Origin: Thermaerobacter marianensis
Lineage (GTDB): Bacteria; Bacillota; Sulfobacillia; DVGY01
NCBI GenBank assembly: GCA_020724425.1
Contig: DYGY01000003.1
Span: 65,233-129,232, forward strand
Direction: 5' to 3'
DNA: 64,000 nt
Shown here: positions 45,223 to 54,582 of the stretch, one piece after another
Layout of the letters: the number at the start of each line of letters is the position of its first letter
Numbering within the stretch: the first letter of the stretch is position 1
Translations under genes and position numbers: made by a program
Notes under the pieces: generated by a model
What the model was told of the DNA's origin: nothing
Seen by the model: only the letters and a program-made list of their open reading frames with translations
Databases searched by the model: none

Positions 45223-45951
45223 ATGCATGACATTACAAAAGCTATCGAAATTGCCGAAAAGATCTACTGGGTCGGACACTATGATCCTGAAACAGCTCTT
45301 GTTTCAAACCCCTATTTATTAGTTGATGAAGAAGAAGCAATTCTTATCGATCCAGGATCAGTGCTGGACTACCACCAGGTATCAAGAAAGGTATTTACTA
45401 CAGTTGAGCCTGATTCAATTAACTACATTATTCTTCATCATCAGGACCCTGACATTTGTGCTTCAACACCTCGGTTTGAGGAAGTTGTTAATCCCTATCG
45501 TCAGGTAATTACTCATTCACGCGCAGCTGTTCTTGTAGTACATTATGGTATTAAATCACCATTCTATCTAGTAGATCGTAATGATTGGGAACTAACGATG
45601 AAAAGTGGTCGCAAACTACGCTTTATATTCACTCCATATCTCCATTTCCCGGGAGCCTTTGTTACCTATGATGAAAAAACAAAGACTTTATTTACAAGTG
45701 ATCTTTTTGGAGGTTTCTCTTATGATTGGAGCCTTTATGCCAACGACTACTACCTTGAAGCTGTTAAGGCATTCCATGAAAACTATATGCCTTCAAAAGA
45801 GATCCTTTCTCACAGCATTAAAAAATTGCGGGATTTAGATATTAAAATGATAGCACCACAACATGGTTCAATTATCCTAGAAAAAGACATACCGAGGTAC
45901 CTTGATGCGCTTGAAGACCTAGACTGTGGCGACTATCTGCTAATTCCCTGA
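45223..45951 (+). CDS. ODP-like oxygen-binding di-iron metallo-beta-lactamase-fold protein
   Basis: IYWVG, NPYL, IDPGS, HHQDPDIC, YLHFPG, TSDLFG, APQHG; no flavodoxin domain. Confidence 0.85.
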   Translation: MHDITKAIEIAEKIYWVGHYDPETALVSNPYLLVDEEEAILIDPGSVLDYHQVSRKVFTTVEPDSINYIILHHQDPDICASTPRFEEVVNPYRQVITHSRAAVLVVHYGIKSPFYLVDRNDWELTMKSGRKLRFIFTPYLHFPGAFVTYDEKTKTLFTSDLFGGFSYDWSLYANDYYLEAVKAFHENYMPSKEILSHSIKKLRDLDIKMIAPQHGSIILEKDIPRYLDALEDLDCGDYLLIP

Positions 45952-45976
45952 ACACATATTGAAAGGAGCTGAAACT

Positions 45977-46252
45977 ATGGCAACCACATACAAAGACCTA
46001 ATCCAGATAATAATAACTCGGGAAGCAGGTATAATTGGACCTGAAAAAACTGTTGAAATAGCGTATAAAGCAGGCATAAACGTAGATAATACCGGCCAGG
46101 TAACTAACAGTCACTTAACAATTGATGACCTTGAGAGACTGGCAGAGGAACTATATAACGCCTATGGCAACGTAACTCTAATTGGCTGTAAGGTTGCAGT
46201 TATGAGAGCAGCTCGAGCTGGTAACCTCGAACTACCTCCAATTCTGAAGTAA
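45977..46252 (+). CDS. 91-aa hypothetical protein, last gene of EAL-ODP operon
   Basis: RBS AAAGGAG, followed by terminator. Confidence 0.8.
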   Translation: MATTYKDLIQIIITREAGIIGPEKTVEIAYKAGINVDNTGQVTNSHLTIDDLERLAEELYNAYGNVTLIGCKVAVMRAARAGNLELPPILK

Positions 46253-46270
46253 GCGGGATAAATCCCGCTT
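46251..46270 (+). terminator. Hairpin terminator
   Basis: AAGCGGGAT-AA-ATCCCGCTT. Confidence 0.65.
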
Positions 46271-46297
46271 ATATCCTTTCTCCCCCCGGGTACACTA
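46267..46297 (+). promoter_or_regulatory. SigF/SigG-like promoter
   Basis: GCTTA-N16-GGGTACACTA. Confidence 0.45.
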
Positions 46298-46325
46298 ACA
46301 ACAAACAAGAATCAAGGAGTTAAAG

Positions 46326-47507
46326 ATGAAACTTTCAGGCACCTCTAATGTACTAATACTTAGCAGTGTACCCTTTATCATGGTTTTAGGTAACACCATG
46401 CTCTTTCCAAACTTTCCAGAAATGGCAAAGGACCTGGAAATAACGCGAAAACAGCTTTCCTATTTAGTATTAGCCATATCTTTACCATCTGCTTTCTTAG
46501 CACCTTTTACCGGTATACTAGCTGATAGATGGGGAAGAAAAACCATCCTTGTCCCTTCCTTACTAATCTATGGTCTGGGTGGACTGGTATCAGGCCTATC
46601 AGTTTTCCTAACAGAAAACCCTTACCTTTACATACTTTTGGGAAGAGTAATTCAAGGGCTTGGCTCTGCTGGACCTATGCATCTTGCCACTGTTATGGCT
46701 GGAGATCTCTTTCAAGATAGCGAACGCATTAAAGCTGTGGGATACCTTGAAACTGCCAATGCCTCAGGTAAAGTAGTCAGTCCACTGTTAGGCTCAATAG
46801 TTGGATTAATAGGGTGGTATGCCCCCTTCTTTGTCTATCCTCTTCTATCAGTCCCAGTAGCTTTAGCTGTTTGGGTGACAATAAAAGATACTAGAAGAGA
46901 ACCAACCCCTCACTTTAACTTTAAGGCCTTAAAGAATATAACTACACCCCATAATATTATGGGGCTCCTAAGTGGTTTCTTTACACTCTTTTTGCTTTTT
47001 GAGACACTCTTCTGGCTAAGTGATATTTCTGCAGATCAATTAGAATTAAATAGACTTCTGCGTGGCTTTATTATCTCCTTGCCGGTAATTGTAGTAGCAA
47101 CGGTAAGTACTCTTGCAGAGCGTTTTGAACAGAAACTGCATCCCAAAGGTGCTTTGACCTTAGGACTCATCATATTAGCCCTAGCCGTAGCAGCTTTACC
47201 TATACTATTTAAGTCCTTCTGGCTCTGGCCTCTTCTAATAGCTATTGGTATTGGTGTGGGTCTGATTCTTCCAACACTAGATCTAATCAGCACATCACAG
47301 ATTGGTAGTGATGGCAGAGCCACAATAACCTCTGCCTACAGCAGTATTCGTTCTCTAGGAGCAGCTATTGCCCCTTTTTCCTTTGCTATCTTAAACGAAA
47401 TTAGCATGTCCTTTAGTTTCTGGCTACCTGCTTCACTTACAATACTCACAGCTCTAGCTAGCTGGAAATTCATCAATACTGATGAACTAGAGCACAGGCT
47501 TCTCTAA
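46326..47507 (+). CDS. MFS transporter (YitG-like)
   Basis: SVPFIMVLGNTMLFP, GILADRWGRK, GRVIQGLG, GKVVSPLLG. Confidence 0.88.
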   Translation: MKLSGTSNVLILSSVPFIMVLGNTMLFPNFPEMAKDLEITRKQLSYLVLAISLPSAFLAPFTGILADRWGRKTILVPSLLIYGLGGLVSGLSVFLTENPYLYILLGRVIQGLGSAGPMHLATVMAGDLFQDSERIKAVGYLETANASGKVVSPLLGSIVGLIGWYAPFFVYPLLSVPVALAVWVTIKDTRREPTPHFNFKALKNITTPHNIMGLLSGFFTLFLLFETLFWLSDISADQLELNRLLRGFIISLPVIVVATVSTLAERFEQKLHPKGALTLGLIILALAVAALPILFKSFWLWPLLIAIGIGVGLILPTLDLISTSQIGSDGRATITSAYSSIRSLGAAIAPFSFAILNEISMSFSFWLPASLTILTALASWKFINTDELEHRLL

Positions 47508-48407
47508 TAACCTGACACTACCTTGAACACTATCTAGTTCAGCCATAACATTATAAGGCCAAGTAGCCATATTAGAACCATGCCCTACCGCAAGACCATA
47601 AAAACTTGGTACCGGTATATCAAGAAAAATATCTGTCAAAACCTCTCTTAAAAAGAGACTTCTTTCCTGATCTTTAGGTAAACAGTTCACACATTCAGCA
47701 AACACAATACCTAATACCTCATTAAACTTGCCAGCTAATCTTAAGTGCGTAAGCATACGATCAATCGCGTAAGGTTCTTCATTAATATCTTCAAGAATCA
47801 AGATTCCACCCTCAGTATCTATCTCAAAGGGAGTTCCCAAGGTAGATGAAATTACTGATAAATTACCTCCCACCAGTCTTCCTTGAGCTCTTCCCGGTCT
47901 AATAACCATATGAGGAACATCCTCAGGATTGACAATTAAATCTCTGTCTCCAGCAAGCATAGACCAGAATCCATCTTCACTATATTCATTTATGCCCCTC
48001 CCAAAATGACTCATTACCATCGGGCCATGAAAGGTAACAAGACCAGCATACTTACCAATAGCTAGATGTAAAGCCGTAATATCACTAAACCCTATAAACA
48101 ACTTGGGATTCTCCCTTATTACCTCATAATCAATGTAATCCAAAAGACGCATTGACCCATAACCACCTCTTAAAGCAATAATGGCATCTATCTCAGGGTC
48201 AGCAAACATATCTAGCAAATTAGCCAAACGTTCCATATCTGAACCAGCAAAATATCCATGCCCACTGAAGGCTTGGTAGTTAATAGAAAATCCTGCTTCC
48301 TGTAGGTAATGAATACCTGCTTCCACATAAAGTTTCTCCCCTGGTGCAAAAGCGGGAGAAACTATACCTATCCTATCACCTCTTTTCAAAGCCCTACCTT
48401 TTAGCAC
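47487..48407 (-). CDS. LD-carboxypeptidase, S66 family
   Basis: RGGYG, GFSDIT, TFHGP, GGNLS, LEDINE, GH. Confidence 0.93.
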   Translation of the reverse strand: MLKGRALKRGDRIGIVSPAFAPGEKLYVEAGIHYLQEAGFSINYQAFSGHGYFAGSDMERLANLLDMFADPEIDAIIALRGGYGSMRLLDYIDYEVIRENPKLFIGFSDITALHLAIGKYAGLVTFHGPMVMSHFGRGINEYSEDGFWSMLAGDRDLIVNPEDVPHMVIRPGRAQGRLVGGNLSVISSTLGTPFEIDTEGGILILEDINEEPYAIDRMLTHLRLAGKFNEVLGIVFAECVNCLPKDQERSLFLREVLTDIFLDIPVPSFYGLAVGHGSNMATWPYNVMAELDSVQGSVRLLEKPVL

Positions 48408-48420
48408 TCTATCAACTCCT

Positions 48421-49614
48421 TTAAGACAAAGTACTTACCAGCTCTTTTGGGTCAAACAGTAACTTATATATCTCAACAGCATGCCGATCTGTCATCCCTG
48501 CAATATAATCACACACAATCCTCTCTAAAGATCTGTGAGGATAAAGCTCATAGGTTACAGCAGGTAACATTTTCGGCTCATCCATAAAGGCCTTAAAGAG
48601 TTCCCTAATAATTCTCCTCCCTTTATGTTCCATACGCATTATCCCTGGTTCACTATAAACATGACGCAAGAGAAACTCTTTTAGAATGTTAACCTCTTCC
48701 ATCCTTGCCGGACTTAACTCTACCAAAACACTATCAGACTCTCTTACATCAACTAACGACTTTATATCCCCTCTTTCCAAAAGCTTAAGAGAGTATGACA
48801 CAACATCCCTAATGAGGATATCAATTAGCTTCCGAATTGTTTCTCGCTGTCTGATCTTCTTAATACCTAAAAGTCTATTAGTCTCCTTTTCAACCATCAC
48901 TAACTCACTGGCTTCCTGCCATAACTGCAAGTCATCAAGATCACTCTCCCTTAAAAACCCTACCCGTAGAGCATCCTCTATTTCATGAGTACAGTATGCA
49001 ATCATATCTGCTACAGTCACAACCTGTGCCTCAAGAGTCGGTTGTCTATATATTGAAAACTCCTCTATCATACTAGAACCACTAAAAACACCATCATGCC
49101 TGACAATACCTTCCCGTACCTCCCAACTCAGGTTAATGCCCGGTCTAGACATATATCTCTCTTCCAATTCATCAACAATTCTCAAAGCCTGTAAATTATG
49201 ATCAAATCCTGTATCAGTCATTAGCTTATCTAGTTCCAACTCACCAGCATTACCAAAAGGGGGATAGCCAATATCATGAACAAGAGCAATTGCCTCCACT
49301 AGATGCTCATTAAGTCGTAATTGGGCAGCAATGCTTCTAGCTATTTGAGTAACTTCCAGAGAATGGGTCATCCTTGTTCGATAGAAATCACCTTCGTGCA
49401 ACAAAAACACCTGAGTCTTATACTGCAATCTATGAAAAGCTGTAGAGTGCAAAACCCTATCCCTATCCCTTTCAAAAGGTAACCTATGATCATTATCCTC
49501 TTCCTTTTGCAACCTTCCTAGGGTATCACTGCTCTTACATGCGTATCTTGCCAACATCATACTCTCAAGGTTTGCTCTCTCTCTTCTTTTTGCAGTTGAA
49601 TAGATTCCAGTCAT
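48421..49614 (-). CDS. dgt: dNTP triphosphohydrolase (dGTPase-like), atypical active site
   Basis: FERDRDR, LQYKTQVF, RTRMTHSLEV, HDIGYPPFGNAGE, DYIAGMTD. Confidence 0.85.
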   Translation of the reverse strand: MTGIYSTAKRRERANLESMMLARYACKSSDTLGRLQKEEDNDHRLPFERDRDRVLHSTAFHRLQYKTQVFLLHEGDFYRTRMTHSLEVTQIARSIAAQLRLNEHLVEAIALVHDIGYPPFGNAGELELDKLMTDTGFDHNLQALRIVDELEERYMSRPGINLSWEVREGIVRHDGVFSGSSMIEEFSIYRQPTLEAQVVTVADMIAYCTHEIEDALRVGFLRESDLDDLQLWQEASELVMVEKETNRLLGIKKIRQRETIRKLIDILIRDVVSYSLKLLERGDIKSLVDVRESDSVLVELSPARMEEVNILKEFLLRHVYSEPGIMRMEHKGRRIIRELFKAFMDEPKMLPAVTYELYPHRSLERIVCDYIAGMTDRHAVEIYKLLFDPKELVSTLS

Positions 49615-49693
49615 GAATGATACCCCTTTCTCAGAGAATATACAGGGAAACAATATTAGAATACAGAAATATATTTACAAAAGGAGTGATATA

Positions 49694-50248
49694 ATGAAGA
49701 TTCAAGAAATATTGAAAACTCAGCCAGAAACCAATGAAACCTTGGCCACCATCCTTAATCGTTCTAGTTGCCGTCGCTTTACCAGTCAAGAACTCACATC
49801 AGCAGAAATACATACCCTACTACTTACCATGCAAAGAGCACCATCAGCCGGAAATAGGCAACCCTGGCACTTCTACATCATATTTAATCAGGAGATTAAA
49901 GAAAAACTTGTAGAAGCATCCCATGGACAAAAGTTTCTAGCAGATGCTCCAGTAGTTTTTGCCATCACTGCCAAGCCTTCAGAATCAGCGGCTCGTTATG
50001 GTGACAGAGGAGCCGAGCTATATTCAATCCAAGATACAGCTGCAGCAATACAAAACCTAATGCTCGCAGCAGAATCCCTGGGGTTATGTAGCTGCTGGGT
50101 AGGTGCCTTTGATGACCAAACCGTAGTAGAAATACTCAACCTAGATGAACAAAGACCAGTAGCTCTGATTCCAATAGGACATCGTGAAGGCAAAACAGTG
50201 ATGACAAAACGGAAACCACTAGAAGAAATAACTACAATACTTGATTAA
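49694..50248 (+). CDS. Nitroreductase family protein
   Basis: RSSCRRF, APSAGNRQPW, GLCSCWVGAF; ATG after AAGGAG. Confidence 0.92.
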   Translation: MKIQEILKTQPETNETLATILNRSSCRRFTSQELTSAEIHTLLLTMQRAPSAGNRQPWHFYIIFNQEIKEKLVEASHGQKFLADAPVVFAITAKPSESAARYGDRGAELYSIQDTAAAIQNLMLAAESLGLCSCWVGAFDDQTVVEILNLDEQRPVALIPIGHREGKTVMTKRKPLEEITTILD

Positions 50249-50257
50249 TATGTTAAA

Positions 50258-50279
50258 AGGGTCATCCAAGATGACCCTT
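50258..50279. terminator. Hairpin between convergent genes
   Basis: AGGGTCATC-CAA-GATGACCCT. Confidence 0.7.
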
Positions 50280-50285
50280 CCATAA

Positions 50286-50585
50286 TTAATAAAACCTTTT
50301 CCCACCCACAAACAACCATATTAGTATACCGATTGACACAAGACCATACACATACCAGAACAAATCTGTTAACCCTAAAAGGAATGGCGTGGCCATAGTA
50401 AGTAAGCCTAGAATTATTACCCATATACCGATAAACCTAGTTGCACCTTCAGGATCCTTAGATTTCTTTACAAAACCAGGTGACCAGCTAATTCGATGAT
50501 GTAACCAAACTATCCACCCAATAGCTGCTATCCACAACCCCAGAGTAACCATCACCATTACCCAAAAAATATTCATTGTAAGCAT
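50286..50585 (-). CDS. Small 3-TM membrane protein (DUF3784-like)
   Basis: Three hydrophobic segments; RBS AGGAGG. Confidence 0.65.
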   Translation of the reverse strand: MLTMNIFWVMVMVTLGLWIAAIGWIVWLHHRISWSPGFVKKSKDPEGATRFIGIWVIILGLLTMATPFLLGLTDLFWYVYGLVSIGILIWLFVGGKRFY

Positions 50586-50642
50586 AACCCCAACCCTCCT
50601 TTCATAACCTAACGTTCGGCAAAGTTATCAAAAACCCTGCTC

Positions 50643-51557
50643 CTACAAGTTTTTCTGATACACCCATAACCCATAATCTCTTTTAAATCCCATCTGTTCT
50701 AAGGCATGGAGCATAGGAATATTTTCGGTATCAACATCAGCAAGAACTGTCTTAAGTCCCTCTGCAAACAAAACCTCTAATCCTTTAGCCAACACATCCA
50801 GAACATAACCCTTTCCCCTATGTTTCGGTAGGATACCAATGAAGTTAATAGCACCTTCAGTATGATTGAATACCTGAGGGACCACCAAACCTACTATTTC
50901 TCTATTATAATAAGCTAGTAACCATCTAGACCGATCATAATCTATATCCTTAAGACTCAAGAACATCCTCTTAGCTACCTCCAAGACACCCCTCTCCGAA
51001 ATAGACAAACTATCGTCTCGATCAAGAGTACCCTCCATGACTCTCTCTATAGCTAATATAAATTCATCTTCAGAAACCTCAGCCAGTGAAAGATACTCTA
51101 GTCTATTATCTCCTGCCCTAGACGCTTCCTTCTCAAGCAAAAGACCCACTTTCTGTTGAACCAGAGGAACATCCAGAGAATCAAACAATCTTAACCTTTC
51201 ACTGACATCTTCTGTATAATCTGAATAAATGCGACACTCCAAGTGTTTTGCTCCATAGTCTCTCATCATCTCTATACTTTGATTCATCAACTGCTTTCCC
51301 AAATCAAGAAAGCCTGCCTGTCCCCAGGGTAATTCCAACCCCATCATTTTGATATCCCAGGGAGCATTAGGAAAAACCCAGTAGACTATCCGCCCAACAC
51401 ACTCATCGCTATCCTCAAGAACAAAGCACCACTCTGGTCTGCTTAAACCATCCTGCCATAATTTCAAAAGGTTTTTCTGGCAATCTCCCGAGGGATTTGT
51501 AGATGCTATACTCGCAAACATATCTATCTCACTAGCCTTTATTGATCTCACTCTCAC
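50643..51557 (-). CDS. GNAT N-acetyltransferase (tandem GNAT)
   Basis: IGILPKHRGKGY, NIPM..ALEQMGF. Confidence 0.85.
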   Translation of the reverse strand: MRVRSIKASEIDMFASIASTNPSGDCQKNLLKLWQDGLSRPEWCFVLEDSDECVGRIVYWVFPNAPWDIKMMGLELPWGQAGFLDLGKQLMNQSIEMMRDYGAKHLECRIYSDYTEDVSERLRLFDSLDVPLVQQKVGLLLEKEASRAGDNRLEYLSLAEVSEDEFILAIERVMEGTLDRDDSLSISERGVLEVAKRMFLSLKDIDYDRSRWLLAYYNREIVGLVVPQVFNHTEGAINFIGILPKHRGKGYVLDVLAKGLEVLFAEGLKTVLADVDTENIPMLHALEQMGFKRDYGLWVYQKNL

Positions 51558-51570
51558 TAACTAACACCCC

Positions 51571-54500
51571 CTACTTCACTACGGTTTCCTTCTCCTTTTC
51601 AAGATGAATAACATGTTCAGTAATGCTATCAAAGGTATCATCATGACTAATAAGGAAAAGCTGATTAAACTCCGTATTAACCCTCTGGAGAATCTCTGCT
51701 AGATTAAATCTCCTATTTCCATCTAAATTGGTTGTCGGTTCATCAAAGAAACCTAGACCCACACTAGAGAGATTCTTTAAGAGAGCCAACCTTACAGCTA
51801 GGGCAGCAGACATCTGTTCTCCTCCAGACAACTGCTTAAAACTCCTCCGTTTATAGCCTCCACCATTAGATTCAAGAAGCACAACTTCATAATCCATATC
51901 CCAGAGCAGCTGAACATTTTCTTTAGAGATCTGTTGATAATACCTGTTTGCATCAACACTAACATACTGTCTTAAAACATCTGCTATGGGTTCTGCTGCC
52001 TCTCTCAAGAGCTTCCTAGAAAGACTTAACAGTTCCCTTGCTTTCCTCTTTCGTTGAAGAATTTCTTCATCCCTCTTTATTACTTCAAGTATACCTTCCA
52101 TTAGCTCTATCTTTTCTGATAAGGTCGTAATATCATCTAACCTTTCCTCAATCTCTTTTGAAAGAGCACCAATCTTTCCAACTAGATCTTCAATCTCTCT
52201 TTTGAGAAGGATATGGCTCTCTTCTTGATATCTACCAGCTAATACCTCTATTGTCTCTTGTATTTCCTTTAATCGCTTTTCTTCTTTAGCGATTGCCTCT
52301 ATTTGCTTATCTCTTTTACCAAGCAAATCAACCAAGCCGTCTGCCAGAGGTTTCTTCTCTAGATATTTAGAATATATGGATGATAACTCTTGTTTTCGCT
52401 CTTTCCTTTTTCTTAAGTCTGTATTTATGTGCTCACCCTTCTTAATTTCTTCCTCATAAACTCTAACCTGTTTAAGATTATCTTCAAGATTAGCTCTCAG
52501 ATTAGATATCTCTTCTTCAGACTTCCTTTCCATCTCCAATTGGTCAAACAGTCTCTTCTTCTCATTCTGCAGTGAAGTATATCTCTGCTTAAGACTAGCT
52601 TCTTTAGAAGCAACATCCTTTTCTAAAAACCCATAAGCCCTCTCCATAGTCTTTGCTAGTTGTCCAATATCTTCTTGCAGTTTTTCTACATACCTATTTA
52701 GTTCAGACCAAACCCTTGCCTCATCCTCCCAGTCAAGCCCTTTAGATAAGATAACAAATACTAACCTGTCGATAGCCTCCTTAGTCTGCTCAATAACAAG
52801 TATACCTTCTTCAATTTCACCGTTAGTTACGCTTTCTTTTATACCTCTTGCTCTTTTAAGCAGTTCACTATCTGTAAACAAGTGATGTCCCGCCAACAGC
52901 TTTCTTCTTTCTCTTAAAGCAATTTCATGTTCCCTTTTCCTTTTCTGTTCAATCTCTAGTTGCTCTGCTAGAATTCTTAATTCACCGAGTTTTTCTCTTG
53001 CGTTGTCTAAGCCAATTAACTGCTTAAGTGCAGAGATCTCTCCATCTAGATTCTCCAATTCCTTTTCCATGGCAACAAGTGCCTCATCAAAATACTCTGT
53101 TAAGTTATCTCCCTCAATATTCTGACAGGGTTCTTCAAGGAAAGGACAGTTACCACCTTGAGCTTTGCTTTGACTAAACCTGAAAGTATCCATTCTTTCA
53201 GCTAAACGATGTCTTCTTGCTAGCAACTCATTCAATGATTCCTGTTGAGAATCCAAGACATTTACTTCTTCTGCTAACTGTTCTAGACCCATTAACTGAA
53301 TCTCTTTTTCCTTAATGCTAGGGACAATGTGCTGGGTTAACAGGACAATTCCATTCACATATTCATCTATTCCTTTAGAAAGTTCTCTTGAGTCTTCCTT
53401 CCTGGTACCTGCCAACCTGCTAAAGCTATCAATCTCATGAGACCAGCTATCCAAGCGCTCCTTTTCCTTATGAAGCATCCGGTCTTCCTTTTCAAGGTTT
53501 TCTTCGATTTCTTGTATTCCCGTTTCTAATCGTTTGCTATCCTCTTGCAAATGCAGTCTGCTTTCTTCTTTGCTTTTGATTGTCGCCTTAACTTTCTCAG
53601 TACTTTGTTTTAACTCAGCCAAAGAATCTTTCAATCCCTGCCAGACCTGTTGTCTTTCTTCAAGCTCTTCAATGTCCCTTTCTACCCTCAAATATTCCTC
53701 ATAGCCAGGAGCATACTGTTCTAGCTCTATAACAGCGAGTTCCCCACCCCTAACCTCTTCTTGAAGTTCCGCTAATCTCTCAGCTAAGGTCCCTAATCTA
53801 TTAGAAGTCATCTCTTGTTCCTGATAGGCTTTATCCAGTTCAAGTTTAATATTTTCTAGTTCCTTCAGTTCCTGCCGCTTAGTACCCATTTCCTTTTCTA
53901 GCTCAAACCTACCCTTTTCAAGACTTTCTAGTCTGCTCTTTGCTTCCTCATGTTCCTTTATAACTTCATCATAGCCCTCAACTCTTTGCTTTTTGAGAGC
54001 CAAATCCTTGTCAATTTCATGGATGTTCTCATCAAGTTGTCTTTCTGGTGCTCTCAACCTGTCAGCAGCTAATCTATATCCCTCTACCTTCAAAATACCA
54101 TCAAAGGTAGATCTCCTCTTAGAGGGAGTCTCCAGAAAGGGAGCAGTAAATGTGCCCTGAGGTACCCCTATTACATCATGAAAGATATCTGCTAGTATAA
54201 TCTCTTCATCTAGACGCATAATCTGCTTAAGCCAATTAGTAACATCCTCACCACCATGTAACTCAAGCAATTCACTGTCTGTCTCCACATCATAAACAGA
54301 CCAGGAAATCTGCTTGTTTTCAGTAAAGCGCCTCTCCACCCTGTAGACCCAACCATCATCAGCCTCAAACTCAAGAGATATTCTCGCCTGTCTTTCTCCA
54401 TAACGCACTAACTCACCATATCTAAGTTCTCTGCTATCAAACAATACAAAACCTATACTTTCAATAATGGTGGACTTTCCGGCACCATTTACACCATGAA

Positions 54501-54582
54501 TAAAGTTGATTCCCTCAGAAAAATTAATGGTGGCATTACGATAACTCTTCACATTCTCAAGTGTTAATGACCTAATCAACAT
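51571..54582 (-). CDS. sbcC: SbcC/Rad50 SMC-like ATPase
   Basis: GVNGAGKST, Q-loop VPQG, long coiled coil with central CPFLEEPC, LSGGE, FFDEPT, ISHD. Confidence 0.92.
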   Translation of the reverse strand: MLIRSLTLENVKSYRNATINFSEGINFIHGVNGAGKSTIIESIGFVLFDSRELRYGELVRYGERQARISLEFEADDGWVYRVERRFTENKQISWSVYDVETDSELLELHGGEDVTNWLKQIMRLDEEIILADIFHDVIGVPQGTFTAPFLETPSKRRSTFDGILKVEGYRLAADRLRAPERQLDENIHEIDKDLALKKQRVEGYDEVIKEHEEAKSRLESLEKGRFELEKEMGTKRQELKELENIKLELDKAYQEQEMTSNRLGTLAERLAELQEEVRGGELAVIELEQYAPGYEEYLRVERDIEELEERQQVWQGLKDSLAELKQSTEKVKATIKSKEESRLHLQEDSKRLETGIQEIEENLEKEDRMLHKEKERLDSWSHEIDSFSRLAGTRKEDSRELSKGIDEYVNGIVLLTQHIVPSIKEKEIQLMGLEQLAEEVNVLDSQQESLNELLARRHRLAERMDTFRFSQSKAQGGNCPFLEEPCQNIEGDNLTEYFDEALVAMEKELENLDGEISALKQLIGLDNAREKLGELRILAEQLEIEQKRKREHEIALRERRKLLAGHHLFTDSELLKRARGIKESVTNGEIEEGILVIEQTKEAIDRLVFVILSKGLDWEDEARVWSELNRYVEKLQEDIGQLAKTMERAYGFLEKDVASKEASLKQRYTSLQNEKKRLFDQLEMERKSEEEISNLRANLEDNLKQVRVYEEEIKKGEHINTDLRKRKERKQELSSIYSKYLEKKPLADGLVDLLGKRDKQIEAIAKEEKRLKEIQETIEVLAGRYQEESHILLKREIEDLVGKIGALSKEIEERLDDITTLSEKIELMEGILEVIKRDEEILQRKRKARELLSLSRKLLREAAEPIADVLRQYVSVDANRYYQQISKENVQLLWDMDYEVVLLESNGGGYKRRSFKQLSGGEQMSAALAVRLALLKNLSSVGLGFFDEPTTNLDGNRRFNLAEILQRVNTEFNQLFLISHDDTFDSITEHVIHLEKEKETVVK

